From Puniceicoccales bacterium (lineage in GTDB: Bacteria > Verrucomicrobiota > Verrucomicrobiia > Opitutales > JAIRLM01), in contig JAIRWT010000014.1 of NCBI GenBank assembly GCA_031268795.1, positions 29,383-93,382 on the forward strand: DNA of 64,000 nucleotides. Reading direction: 5' to 3'. Of this stretch, positions 46,027 through 55,362 are shown one piece after another. Every line of letters starts with the position of its first letter. The first letter of the stretch is position 1. A model generated the notes under the pieces. That model was not told the origin of the DNA. It worked only from the letters and a program-made list of their open reading frames with translations, and made no database searches. The position numbers and the translations under genes were made by a program.

Positions 46027-46761
46027 ATGCAATGCGCGTTGGCCATTAGCGATTTACATTTGAGGATTGCCGAAAAGGCAATTTTGCGTGGGGTATCACT
46101 GTCTATTCCCGCCGGACAAATACATGTGCTCATGGGTCGAAATGGGTCCGGAAAAAGCTCGCTTTTACATGCCATCGTGGGGCAAAATTCAATTTCTTCT
46201 GGAGTGGTTACACTTGACGGAGAGTCCCTGCTAGGATTGCCACCGGAAGTCATCGCTAGGAAAGGGCTCTTTCTAGCATTTCAAGTGCCCGTGTCGCTTC
46301 CAGGGGTAACCATCACCCAGTTGCTCCGATCTGCATTACAGGCGCGGCTGGAAAAGGGAAAACTTTTTGACCATATGCGTTTTCACGACGACCTCGAAGC
46401 CGCAATGAAACTCATGGGAATGGATTCGAGTTGGGCCAGTCGCCACGTGAATGATGGATTTTCCGGCGGTGAGCGAAAACGTTGCGAAATGCTACAGGCA
46501 CTCGTGCTGAATCCCAAATATGTCTTATTTGATGAAATTGATAGCGGGCTGGACGTGGACGCAATGGTGATTATGGTGGAAGCCATTCGCTTGCTGCAAC
46601 AACGGGGGGTAGGTGCATTGATTGTGACTCACCACAGCCGATGGCTGGAGACGCTCAATCCCAATGGCATTCATTTTCTGGTGGATGGAATTATTCATCG
46701 CTCGGGCGGCATGAACCTGGCACATGCAATCGAGGCGGATGGATTTCAGGCGGTACAATGA
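46027..46761 (+). CDS. sufC: Fe-S cluster assembly ATPase SufC
   Basis: Walker [14 protein letters not shown] signature [13 protein letters not shown], Walker [12 protein letters not shown]. Confidence 0.92.
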   Translation: MQCALAISDLHLRIAEKAILRGVSLSIPAGQIHVLMGRNGSGKSSLLHAIVGQNSISSGVVTLDGESLLGLPPEVIARKGLFLAFQVPVSLPGVTITQLLRSALQARLEKGKLFDHMRFHDDLEAAMKLMGMDSSWASRHVNDGFSGGERKRCEMLQALVLNPKYVLFDEIDSGLDVDAMVIMVEAIRLLQQRGVGALIVTHHSRWLETLNPNGIHFLVDGIIHRSGGMNLAHAIEADGFQAVQ

Positions 46762-48158
46762 GCAAAAAATTACCGATGGATGAGGAATTCGCTACGCCCG
46801 GCAATTTCTCCTATGCGACGGAATACGCCCATGATGCCGGACAGGGTCTTAGCGAAGAAACGGTGCACTACATTTCTAAGGTTAAGGGCGAGCCAAAATG
46901 GTTATTAAATTTTCGCCTGCGGGCGTTGAGGATATTTAATGCGATGCCTATTCCATCATGGATTCCAGTCGATCTCTCGCCATTACAATTCGACAAAATT
47001 CGCTACTATTTGGCTAAGGGCCAAGAGCCGAAGCGGAAATGGGAGGATGTGCCCGCGGAAGTAAAAGCCACCTTTGATCGACTGGGCGTTCCGGAACATG
47101 AGCGAAAATTTTTAGCCGGCGTGGAAGCGCAATTCGACAGCGAAATGGCCTATGCCAATTTGCGACAATCCCTCGCGGAGAAAGGCGTGATATTTGTCGA
47201 TTCGACCGAAGGCCTTTTGCGGTATGAATCTGTTTTCCGTCCGCATTTTGGGAAAATTGTTGCCGCGGCGGATAATAAGTTCAGCGCCCTAAATGGCGCC
47301 GTTTTTAGCGGGGGTAGTTTTATTTATATTCCAAAAGGCGCAAAGCTTGATCAGCCGCTTCAGGCTTATTTTCGCATTAATGCCGAACGATTCGGACAGT
47401 TTGAACGCACGCTCATTGTCGTTGATGAAGGTGCCGATGTAACCTATTTGGAGGGGTGTACGGCGCCGCGCTTCGAATCTGCCACGCTGCATGCGGCGGT
47501 GGTAGAGCTGATTGCCATGCCTGGGGCAAAAATTCAGTATATCACCGTGCAAAATTGGTCCAGCAACGTCTATAATCTGGTAACAAAACGAGGCATGGCC
47601 CACGAATTAGCAGGGATTCGTTGGATTGACTGCAACATTGGATCACGCATAACCATGAAATACCCATGTGTTATATTGGCCGGATCTCACGCTAGCGGAG
47701 AAATGGTCTCCATATCCGTTGCCCACCATGGCCAATATCAGGATACGGGGGCAAAAATGATACATCGAGCAAATCATACCACATCCCACATTGTGGCCAA
47801 ATCAATCTCCATTCAAGATGGTGTAGCCGCCTACCGAGGAATGATAAAGGTTGCGAAAGCTGCAAAGAATTGCAAAAATTATACCCGTTGCGATGCCATG
47901 TTGCTGAACCGGGGAAGTATTTCCAAGACGAGCCCAACTTTGGATGTATCAGGCAATCTTTCCCAAGTGCAACACGAGGCAACCGTATCCCGCGTTTCAG
48001 ACGAACAGGTATTTTACCTGCAGCAGCGAGGTCTTGGGGAGACACAAGCCATGGGCTTGCTTGTGAACGGCTTTCTGAATGAGCTGATGAGGGAATTTCC
48101 CATGGAATACGGCGTGGAACTCAAGCGCCTCATCGAGATGGAAATGGAGCGGCGATGA
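46758..48158 (+). CDS. sufB: Fe-S cluster assembly scaffold SufB
   Basis: The ATG at 46758 overlaps the sufC stop (ATGA). Conserved SufB C-terminal blocks CDAMLL...[21 protein letters not shown]...A..LLVNGF. Confidence 0.9.
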   Translation: MSKKLPMDEEFATPGNFSYATEYAHDAGQGLSEETVHYISKVKGEPKWLLNFRLRALRIFNAMPIPSWIPVDLSPLQFDKIRYYLAKGQEPKRKWEDVPAEVKATFDRLGVPEHERKFLAGVEAQFDSEMAYANLRQSLAEKGVIFVDSTEGLLRYESVFRPHFGKIVAAADNKFSALNGAVFSGGSFIYIPKGAKLDQPLQAYFRINAERFGQFERTLIVVDEGADVTYLEGCTAPRFESATLHAAVVELIAMPGAKIQYITVQNWSSNVYNLVTKRGMAHELAGIRWIDCNIGSRITMKYPCVILAGSHASGEMVSISVAHHGQYQDTGAKMIHRANHTTSHIVAKSISIQDGVAAYRGMIKVAKAAKNCKNYTRCDAMLLNRGSISKTSPTLDVSGNLSQVQHEATVSRVSDEQVFYLQQRGLGETQAMGLLVNGFLNELMREFPMEYGVELKRLIEMEMERR

Positions 48159-48799
48159 TGGAGTTCAGAATGCTTAGCGCCATGTTGCCAGCGAACGGAG
48201 TTTTGTCAGTGCCAACGGGGGTCTGCCTTATCGATGATCTTCCAGCTGAAGCTGATTATGAATTGCGGCTTGGTAGCGGTGTGCGTTGTAAATTTATTCT
48301 TCATCTTGGACCGCAGAGCCAACGAATTAGACGAAATGTAGTCTTCTCCCTTCTCGGTGAAAATTCACATCTAGACGCCAGCGTACTCATCCAAGCGAAA
48401 CAAAATCAATGCATCGAATGGCGAGGCATACAGCGACATTTGATTCGTGGTGCACATTCAAATTTACTTATCAAGTCCACCGTCTGCAATTGCGCAAAAA
48501 TTTCAGTTTTTTCCAAAATTATCATTGATCCACTTGCCGCAGAGTCGTGCGCTAATTTCCAAAATAAAAATCTCGTTCTCTCCGATCGCGCGCATGCGGT
48601 TGCAAGACCAGAATTGGAGATTTTTTCCGATGATGTGCATTGCTCGCACGGGGCAACCATCGGCGGAATAAATCCCGCCGAGGAATTTTACCTGCGATCC
48701 CGTGGAATTTCTTCCCGCATTGCCAAAATCATTATTCGGTGCGCATTTGCAGAAGAAATTTTATATCAAATGCCGAACGGAAACGCGTCATTTCATTGA
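48155..48799 (+). CDS. sufD: SufD-like protein (short form)
   Basis: [37 protein letters not shown] matches the SufB/SufD C-terminal core. At 214 aa it is about half typical SufD length. Its start overlaps the sufB stop. Confidence 0.7.
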   Translation: MMEFRMLSAMLPANGVLSVPTGVCLIDDLPAEADYELRLGSGVRCKFILHLGPQSQRIRRNVVFSLLGENSHLDASVLIQAKQNQCIEWRGIQRHLIRGAHSNLLIKSTVCNCAKISVFSKIIIDPLAAESCANFQNKNLVLSDRAHAVARPELEIFSDDVHCSHGATIGGINPAEEFYLRSRGISSRIAKIIIRCAFAEEILYQMPNGNASFH

Positions 48800-48937
48800 C
48801 ATTGGACTGGCGCGTGTAGAGCTCAGCACGGATCGTTAGTTTGCCGTAAGGCAAAAAATGGTTGCATTATTTGCAAAAAATTTCCTGGAATTATTCCTAC
48901 GCGAGATTCTATTTTTGCCTTCGCGGCCGGGGGATTT

Positions 48938-49096
48938 ATGACGAGACATTCTAGTTTGAAAAAAATCGGTGGGGGATCCACTGAGAAGCGCACGGTTTTG
49001 ACTCGCTATGAGCGCATTGAGCTCCTGAGAAAGAGGGGGCAATGGAGCGATGGCAGGCGGGTTACGGCACTGCCAAAAACGAAGCCAGAGGATTAA
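48938..49096 (+). CDS. Small basic protein (52 aa), a PVC-type conserved small ORF by recollection
   Basis: Falls below the ORF-track length cutoff. MTRHSSLKKIGGGSTEKRTVLTRYERIELLRKRGQWSDGRRVTALPKTKPED. Resembles from memory a conserved ~55-aa 'small basic protein' family (…R.VL.R.ERI..L...G.W..G..V.GLPKTK). GGGGA lies 4 nt upstream of the ATG. Confidence 0.5.
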   Translation: MTRHSSLKKIGGGSTEKRTVLTRYERIELLRKRGQWSDGRRVTALPKTKPED

Positions 49097-49105
49097 TGCC
49101 CCCAA

Positions 49106-49891
49106 ATGGTGGATTCGAGTTCTCCCGGACGCATTGCTGATATCTGGAGTTCATTTTTGCATAAAAAGGCCGTGATTGTTGTGCCGGATGAAAATGGCCT
49201 CATAGCGGTCAATAAGCCAGCCGGTGTAATTTCCCATCCAAATTTCGGTGATGAAGGCTGCAACTCATTGATTCGGGCGTCTTACGATCTTCGCCGGCGC
49301 GCATATTTGGTAAACGGTGGAGAAATTTTTTTGCTCAATCGCCTGGATGCGCCAACGGAGGGCTTGGTGTTACTAACGTCATCGGAACAGGTTGCGTTGG
49401 CGGTGCGCAAGTGTTTCCAACAATGTTCCATCAGGAAAATATATTACGCATTTACCAAATGCGGACCCGTGCCTTCGAGCCCATGGCATGATTGCGCCGA
49501 TGAGCGTAGTAATGGGAAATCGGTCCACCTGCACCATGGCAGCGGTACGGAACTACGTACCAAGGCAAAAGTTATTGAGAAAATTCAGTGGGAAAATTTA
49601 TCCTGCTTTTTGCTTAAGTTACAACCACTAACGGGACGTACCCATCAATTGCGCTTCCAATGTTCGCGCCATGGTGTTCACATAGCTGGTGATCGCATCT
49701 ACGGTGACTTTGGGTACAATAAGGCATTTCATGCGACCACAAGAAGTCATAAGCTGCAACTGCTTGCCGCAGAAATTGAAATTGACTACACGCTAAAGGA
49801 TAAGGTTTTTCATTTTTCCGCACGAACACCATCTTTGGATGGGTTTCTATCTTTACCTGGGTGCGGCAAACGGTCTACTGACCTTTCCTAG
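49106..49891 (+). CDS. RluA-family pseudouridine synthase
   Basis: VNKPAGVISHP, catalytic-Asp motif LLNRLDAPTEGLVLL, and GRTHQLRFQ. Confidence 0.85.
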   Translation: MVDSSSPGRIADIWSSFLHKKAVIVVPDENGLIAVNKPAGVISHPNFGDEGCNSLIRASYDLRRRAYLVNGGEIFLLNRLDAPTEGLVLLTSSEQVALAVRKCFQQCSIRKIYYAFTKCGPVPSSPWHDCADERSNGKSVHLHHGSGTELRTKAKVIEKIQWENLSCFLLKLQPLTGRTHQLRFQCSRHGVHIAGDRIYGDFGYNKAFHATTRSHKLQLLAAEIEIDYTLKDKVFHFSARTPSLDGFLSLPGCGKRSTDLS

Positions 49892-50751
49892 CGGACAAAT
49901 GTCCGTCCCGTGCGATGCGCGCCCGGACAAATTTGTTTCGCTTGTGCGGCAATGGGTTCCCAGAAGGCGCGGAATTCATCCGCGGAAATTATTTTTACCG
50001 ATTCCGGCGGGGTCATGGCGCCCGTATATTCAAAGGCAATAAAGCCGATCTGCGGATAGCGTGCGCGGAGAGCCCTTCTCGTTTCTTTCAGGTTATGCCG
50101 GCGGTCGTCCACCATGACGATTATCTTTGGTGCAACTTTGATTTCATCCATGAATGCACAAAGTACCGCGCCCTTCGGTTTCTCATTGGCGCAGATTACG
50201 CCTCGGTGGTACGTTGGGAAATTGCTTTCGCCGTCGGGAAATTTCCGTAAAAATAGCGTTTCAAAGGGGAATGCTTCTTCAAAGTGAATACCAAGTGCAT
50301 TGAGTTCTCGCGGGCGGATTTCATAAATGGGCTTCTGTTCTCTGAGGAATGTAATGATTCCGCTCTTTGCCGCCGTTAGCGCAAAGGAGGTAACCCCTAA
50401 CTTTTGCAGTTCCTTGATGTGTTTCGCCGTTTTCTTTTCCGCGGTTTTGCACGGATATAGCCCGACGGCGAGGTATTTGGCTAACTCCCGTTGTTCGTGG
50501 GTCGTATCCGCAAAAATTTCTCCTAATATCGGATGGTGGCGCTGTAAATTGGCGAGTTCAACCGCTGGATTTTCCGGCTTTGTTAGGGTCATATCTATGT
50601 CATAGATAACCCAAATGTCTTTGGGTAAAACAGTCTTAGCAAGTTCGGCAACCTTTGCATTTACCTCGGATATCTGTGGCGTGACCGTTATGGCCGCGGA
50701 AACGCCAAACGGGGCCAAACACGCCAGAACTGCCAAAATCCAAGGCTTCAT
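49888..50751 (-). CDS. Secreted HAD-superfamily-like protein (DUF2608-like by recollection)
   Basis: Signal peptide MKPWILAVLACLAPFGVSAA. Intact HAD motif I VIYDIDMTLT and motif IV-like VMVDDRRHN. Paralog of 3428..4309. Confidence 0.6.
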   Translation of the reverse strand: MKPWILAVLACLAPFGVSAAITVTPQISEVNAKVAELAKTVLPKDIWVIYDIDMTLTKPENPAVELANLQRHHPILGEIFADTTHEQRELAKYLAVGLYPCKTAEKKTAKHIKELQKLGVTSFALTAAKSGIITFLREQKPIYEIRPRELNALGIHFEEAFPFETLFLRKFPDGESNFPTYHRGVICANEKPKGAVLCAFMDEIKVAPKIIVMVDDRRHNLKETRRALRARYPQIGFIAFEYTGAMTPPESVKIISADEFRAFWEPIAAQAKQICPGAHRTGRTFVR

Positions 50752-50828
50752 AGGCTTAGTTAATTGTCAGTGGCTCTAAGATCAATACAAGAAATTAGCC
50801 TGGCGGAGCATTCCTTCGCCGTTGTTAT

Positions 50829-52376
50829 TCATGTTTCAAAAACCGGGAAATATTTTGCCCCCATAAACATCTCTCCATTCACAGCTCCATTCAGCTTCCA
50901 TTGCGCAAGCATGTTTTCCATCTTTTCATTTGCGACTACGGTAACATTGGCATCATCAAATTTGCGCCATTGTCCATTGCTGCATTTGATGTAAGTAAAC
51001 CAGTGGCCCGCCATCTCGGTGCCTGTATGGCAAGAAATTTGCCCAAGTTCATAATATTCCGCCACCGGATTAACTACCGCATTTGCCGGTAAATGTATAC
51101 GCTTCTCGATTTGAACACCATATGCATTTAGCCTTCCGGCAGCATTGACCGATGTACGCTCAGCGGTAAATGTGATACATGCTGGATGAATTAACTTGCG
51201 GAATAGATCATATGGAATATATGCACTTCTGTCGTCATTGTAATATGATGAATCGTCTGCAATTACATGGTGCGGTGCCAAGAATCGCTCTAAAGTTTCC
51301 TGGCAACTACAATTACTACTCGCAAAATTAAGATGTATCCCATGTGTATATATTTCGCAAGGTGCGCTATGAAGCGTTTTCCCATCTTCTCTTCTGTCTT
51401 CGCATGTGATATATGGAAGAAAAATAAAAAAACTTTTCTCAATTCGCGCAAACCAGTCCCCCAAATTTTGCCCATTCTCGGGTGGAATATGCAAACATTC
51501 TAAGGTCGCTGATTCCGCTTCCGAGAGCGGTCTTTCTGCGTCACTGATACGCTTTACAAAAGGCACAAAAGTATCATCTCGGTAAAAATCATTTGATAGT
51601 TCATCAAGAAAGTAAAACGTGAAATCTCGCGAATCATGCAGCGCACCAGCAAAAATAATGTCGCATCTTCCATCAATTAATTTCAATAATGCATAAACTC
51701 TTTCAGGTACAGAGGCCGGCGGGCCTAATTGCATACAGCGCATTATTTCAAATGTCGCAAATATTACCGGATGGACTTGCTCGACATCGGGAGTTAACTT
51801 CACGATCAGGTAAATTAGGGTTCTAAAATGTGGCATTTGAAAAAGCGACTGCAATGCAGTGCTTGCAAAGCAAAATGAACTAGGATTCGGAATGCCGATA
51901 TTTATCCATGGAACAGTTGTCACGTCAATGTCTTTAAATTTCGTTCCAAAGGCTTCACCAAGTGCCGCTGGAACTGAGGATGCAGACGCTAATCCAGATG
52001 AAATTAATGGTGCCGATTCCGGCTGCTCACCTTTCGCAACAACCTTTCCCGGCGATATTTTTTTCTCAGGAACCCGTGCAAAAATATGATAAATGATCAT
52101 TCCCGCGCCACAGGCAAAACAAACACCAAAACAAGCCAAAATAGGCAGTGCCAACGGGATCAACACCGGCATCGTAATAATTTCAAGCGCAACCAATCCA
52201 CTAAAAATTATACCTGCAGTGCTACCCGCGCAAAAGATACAGCCCAAAATTACATGGTCCAAAAGCATCTGCAATGTAACCCTGGTGCCAATCCTGCCCA
52301 ACGGTTGATGATTTGTGGCGCCCAAACTAGTTGTGCGACGACTTTCTTCACTCGCCGCCCGTGCCGGAATACCCAT
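50829..52376 (-). CDS. USP-type (peptidase C19-like) ubiquitin-protease-like protein with an N-terminal double hydrophobic hairpin
   Basis: Cys box GIPNPSSFCFASTALQ (C169, nt 51870-51872) has the same spacing as the USP Cys-box pattern G-x-x(1,3)-x-x-x-C-[FYW]-x-[NST]-x-x-[LIVMS]-Q. His box YELGQISCHTGTEMAGHW (H458, nt 51003-51005) compares with Y-x-L-x-x-x-x(2)-H-x-G-x(4,5)-G-H-Y. It is followed by WRKFDDANV. Hydrophobic aa 41-99 (nt 52080-52256) are split by TMP. Confidence 0.75.
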   Translation of the reverse strand: MGIPARAASEESRRTTSLGATNHQPLGRIGTRVTLQMLLDHVILGCIFCAGSTAGIIFSGLVALEIITMPVLIPLALPILACFGVCFACGAGMIIYHIFARVPEKKISPGKVVAKGEQPESAPLISSGLASASSVPAALGEAFGTKFKDIDVTTVPWINIGIPNPSSFCFASTALQSLFQMPHFRTLIYLIVKLTPDVEQVHPVIFATFEIMRCMQLGPPASVPERVYALLKLIDGRCDIIFAGALHDSRDFTFYFLDELSNDFYRDDTFVPFVKRISDAERPLSEAESATLECLHIPPENGQNLGDWFARIEKSFFIFLPYITCEDRREDGKTLHSAPCEIYTHGIHLNFASSNCSCQETLERFLAPHHVIADDSSYYNDDRSAYIPYDLFRKLIHPACITFTAERTSVNAAGRLNAYGVQIEKRIHLPANAVVNPVAEYYELGQISCHTGTEMAGHWFTYIKCSNGQWRKFDDANVTVVANEKMENMLAQWKLNGAVNGEMFMGAKYFPVFET

Positions 52377-52386
52377 ACCTATCCTT

Positions 52387-52461
52387 TGGAGGCGCGAGAC
52401 GGAATCGAACCGACGAATAGAAGTTTTGCAGACTCCTGCCTTACCACTTGGCTACCGCGCC
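52387..52461 (-). tRNA. tRNA-Cys (GCA)
   Basis: The reverse complement GGCGCGGTAGCCAAGTGGTAAGGCAGGAGTCTGCAAAACTTCTATTCGTCGGTTCGATTCCGTCTCGCGCCTCCA folds as a cloverleaf. Anticodon loop CTGCAAA, GGTTCGATTCC T-arm, U73 discriminator (a CysRS identity element), encoded CCA. There is one U-U mismatch in the T stem. Confidence 0.9.
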
Positions 52462-52519
52462 ATCCACCACTCAGGAGAAAACAATCTCCGCGATTACCGC
52501 AAGCCATTTCCAGCAATAC

Positions 52520-52870
52520 TCACATCCTGCGCATCACAGCCAACAACTTATTTGCCAAAATGCCTTGTTCTGGAATACAAAGAACCTCGTTACGTAGATA
52601 ATCCTTTGACCAACGGATTTCGTGGTTTTTCTCCTCGATTTCTGCTTTTTCTTGTAAAATTGCCAACAGTGTCTTCAATAGTAGACACGAGTTTTCGTAA
52701 ACTTTACCCGATTGTACCACAAATGAACAAAGAGGCTTTAGGTTGCGCCCACGGTAGGGATACGCCGGAATACATGGTGGTATATTGTTTCCTTGGTTAT
52801 TCAATGGTAGTGAAATTTCGTCGGCATCCTCTAGTTCCCGCGAACCATTATTTGTTATCGGCTTATACAT
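52520..52870 (-). CDS. Hypothetical protein (116 aa)
   Basis: AAGGAG lies 12 nt upstream of the ATG at 52870. Same strand as tRNA-Cys and the USP-like gene. No recognisable motif. Confidence 0.4.
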   Translation of the reverse strand: MYKPITNNGSRELEDADEISLPLNNQGNNIPPCIPAYPYRGRNLKPLCSFVVQSGKVYENSCLLLKTLLAILQEKAEIEEKNHEIRWSKDYLRNEVLCIPEQGILANKLLAVMRRM

Positions 52871-52935
52871 AACTAATAATAACTCCTTTCAAAACGCGGC
52901 GAGTCCAATCATTTTTTCGAAAAAGGCAAGCATAA

Positions 52936-53484
52936 ATGGTGTTGCGCTGCAAATTGCATTTTTTTAACATTCCCAGGCAAATGCATACATTTGAAGGGGC
53001 GCTAGAGCTGGGAAAATTTCGGTATGTGCTATGCGGACTTTGCGAAAAGGTTGCGCATGAGCCGGAAAGCATTGAATTATTCTTTCGAGCACTGACTGAA
53101 TTACGTCGGCTGCCCGAGGAAAAAATTTCACAAAATCTCTGGCGGCTTTATATTTCTGAGTTGCTGGCACGAAATTCCGAAGGACGACTTTTGTGGGCGC
53201 TTAAGAGCCTTTGCGTGTGTCCAGCGTGTGATTTTTACCTGCGTGTAATTTTAGCCGAGGCATTCAGCGCGGAGGCTTTTTTGCTGGTTGTCGGCGCGGC
53301 AAAAATTCTTGGCATAGGCGCATTGACGCCGGGCGAAAGACAAAAGCTGTGCTTGGCACTGAAACGGCTGAATGAAGGCGGCGCCGTCCAGGAAATGGCC
53401 CATAAAATGCTCCAGGGACAGTGGGAGGACGGCGAATTGCGGCAGGAACTTTGGAAATCGGCAGTTGGAAAGAAAAATTTCTAG
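52936..53484 (+). CDS. Hypothetical helical protein
   Basis: 182-aa ORF upstream of pgsA on the same strand. No recognisable motif. The start is uncertain; an internal Met (MHTFEG...) is possible. Confidence 0.35.
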   Translation: MVLRCKLHFFNIPRQMHTFEGALELGKFRYVLCGLCEKVAHEPESIELFFRALTELRRLPEEKISQNLWRLYISELLARNSEGRLLWALKSLCVCPACDFYLRVILAEAFSAEAFLLVVGAAKILGIGALTPGERQKLCLALKRLNEGGAVQEMAHKMLQGQWEDGELRQELWKSAVGKKNF

Positions 53485-53515
53485 TATTTTTATCCGTTGA
53501 GCGTAGAGTCGTGCT

Positions 53516-54118
53516 GTGAATTTGGCAAATGCCATTACGCTTTCACGCTTTCCGATTTTGTTCGTCATCGTGTTGCTTCTTTATGCACCTTTTCCCGGTT
53601 CGCGGATGACTGCGTTCCTCTTATACTTGGTCAGCGGATTTTCCGATTGGCTGGACGGATATGTCGCCCGGCGAAGTGGATCGGTTTCCAATTTCGGAAA
53701 ATTCATGGATGCGCTTTCGGATAAGATTTTGGTACTGGGACTCTTTGCTGCACTTCTAACGCTTAAAATTGTTCCATCCTATTACCTTTTCCCGGTGTTG
53801 CTTATCCTTGGGCGAGAATTTTTTGTTACCGGCATACGCTTGGTAGCCATAAGCCGTAACATTGTCATTGCCGCCGAAAAGTCCGGTAAAATTAAAACCA
53901 TTTTTCAAATGGTTTCCGTGGGTTCATTTATTTGCTCCGAAGCTATTACCTTTGATTTCAAGCTGATCTGTCCGAACACTTGGCTTGTTTGTGCGCCATA
54001 CCTATCGGCAGCGTTTTATTATTTTGGCTACACGCTGTTTGTCATTGCCACCGTATGTGCCGTCGAATCGGGAATCCGCTATACGATCAAGTACCGCTGG
54101 CTGTTTTCCGTGTCATGA
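53516..54118 (+). CDS. pgsA: CDP-diacylglycerol--glycerol-3-phosphate 3-phosphatidyltransferase
   Basis: CDP-alcohol phosphatidyltransferase motif SDWLDGYVARRSGSVSNFGKFMDALSDK (D-G-x2-A-R-x8-G-x3-D-x3-D). N-terminus NLANAITLSRF. GTG start. Confidence 0.88.
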   Translation: MNLANAITLSRFPILFVIVLLLYAPFPGSRMTAFLLYLVSGFSDWLDGYVARRSGSVSNFGKFMDALSDKILVLGLFAALLTLKIVPSYYLFPVLLILGREFFVTGIRLVAISRNIVIAAEKSGKIKTIFQMVSVGSFICSEAITFDFKLICPNTWLVCAPYLSAAFYYFGYTLFVIATVCAVESGIRYTIKYRWLFSVS

Positions 54119-55305
54119 TGCAGCGCATTAATGCCATTCTTGCGTCCATGGATCACCCTCAAGAATTCTTGATGATCATTTTTATCTTTACACAAAGCAA
54201 ATTGTTCTCACAATTCCTTGGTATGAGTGTTTCAAGCTCAGTAACAACGAGCCGTGAAAAATTTGACACATTTACGCAAGGCGATAGTGTCGAGAGTAAA
54301 GCATATAAGGTTTTTGAGAAAAGGCTTACGGAAGAAACCGGTATTCCGAAGAACGCCGCACAGTACTTGTATAGACTTTACACTGATACTAATGCGCTGA
54401 AAGGACAATTAAACTTTTCCGGCGAAGACATCACGCAAATTGATATGTTTATTGCCCTTATGAACAATACATTCAGCGCTGACAATCCGCGCATACAACG
54501 CGATGCGTGTATGCAAATAGTGCAGTCTGCCATGGATGCACTTGGCATAATTTTGAAACGGCTAGATGATCAAAATTCACAAGTCGACACCGAAGATCGC
54601 GTGCGGTTATACTCTTCAGCTATAAAACTTACATGCGGCACGTTGAAGGCAACATCCAAACAAAATTCTCAACTTGGAATGCACACTTCAATTTCACCGG
54701 ATATATGCAAGCAGTTTGGAGATAAAATTTGGCCAAAATATGCCGCTGCAAAATTACTGTTAAATGGCATTCGTACGTACCAATCCGGAGAAAAAGAAGC
54801 ATTAAAAAAAATACAAGGAGGAGGCCAGGCAATAGCATTTTATGGGAATGAAGATACGGGAAAAATTATTTTCAGTGTGCTGGAAACACGAAATTCACTC
54901 TTTGGTTTCGGTGGCCGGGTGGCGCCAAAATGCACAGATGGCCCAGAACCACGCTGGACGTCTGTATCGGTTTTTACAAAAACATGGCAAAACCTTACGG
55001 GGCAACCACCGGCCCTAGTTCCGTTGGCCGCACCATTTCCTGAGTTTAGTAAATTGCCTGCCACAATTACAAGATTTCAAGGTGTTATGGAACTAGCCCA
55101 GCATCAGCAACAGTCATTCGTGGATGAACTTAATAGCGCGTGGGGCAAATGGATTAACGAGTATAAGGACGCGCATCCCGATTCATCGCCAGACGACAAT
55201 GATGCAATTGCGCAGTGGATTATCGACACCGAAAATACCAAACAAACACTAACGAAATTAGTTACTAGTGCTAGTGAACTAGCACTCCCGGCAGCCGCAG
55301 AATAG
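54115..55305 (+). CDS. Hypothetical protein, orphan (no recognisable domain, no signal peptide)
   Basis: Long open frame (track ORF 53980..55305). The first ATG after pgsA is at 54115, overlapping the pgsA stop. An alternative start is MSVSSSV near 54222. Confidence 0.5.
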   Translation: MMQRINAILASMDHPQEFLMIIFIFTQSKLFSQFLGMSVSSSVTTSREKFDTFTQGDSVESKAYKVFEKRLTEETGIPKNAAQYLYRLYTDTNALKGQLNFSGEDITQIDMFIALMNNTFSADNPRIQRDACMQIVQSAMDALGIILKRLDDQNSQVDTEDRVRLYSSAIKLTCGTLKATSKQNSQLGMHTSISPDICKQFGDKIWPKYAAAKLLLNGIRTYQSGEKEALKKIQGGGQAIAFYGNEDTGKIIFSVLETRNSLFGFGGRVAPKCTDGPEPRWTSVSVFTKTWQNLTGQPPALVPLAAPFPEFSKLPATITRFQGVMELAQHQQQSFVDELNSAWGKWINEYKDAHPDSSPDDNDAIAQWIIDTENTKQTLTKLVTSASELALPAAAE

Positions 55306-55362
55306 CACATTTAATTCATTTGCGCCATTTCCCCTCGCGGTTCGACTGCGTACCATTAGCGT

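Noticed and set aside
48836-49105. 89-aa minus-strand ORF between sufD and the RluA-family gene.
   Set aside because: It has no motif and lies on the opposite strand to both of its neighbours. The plus strand here encodes a 52-aa basic peptide that looks like a conserved small protein, and that reading is preferred.
49888-52461. The idea that the USP-like and HAD-like genes form an island integrated at the 3' end of tRNA-Cys.
   Set aside because: I looked for a direct repeat of the tRNA 3' segment (GGAATCGAACC / GCGAGACGG) between 49800 and 50830 and found none. There is no integrase. The juxtaposition is kept only as a minor observation.
52315-52872. 185-aa plus-strand ORF, and the 171-aa ORF at 52086..52601.
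   Set aside because: Both run straight through the tRNA-Cys gene and the 5' end of the USP-like gene on the opposite strand. They have low-complexity sequence and no motifs.
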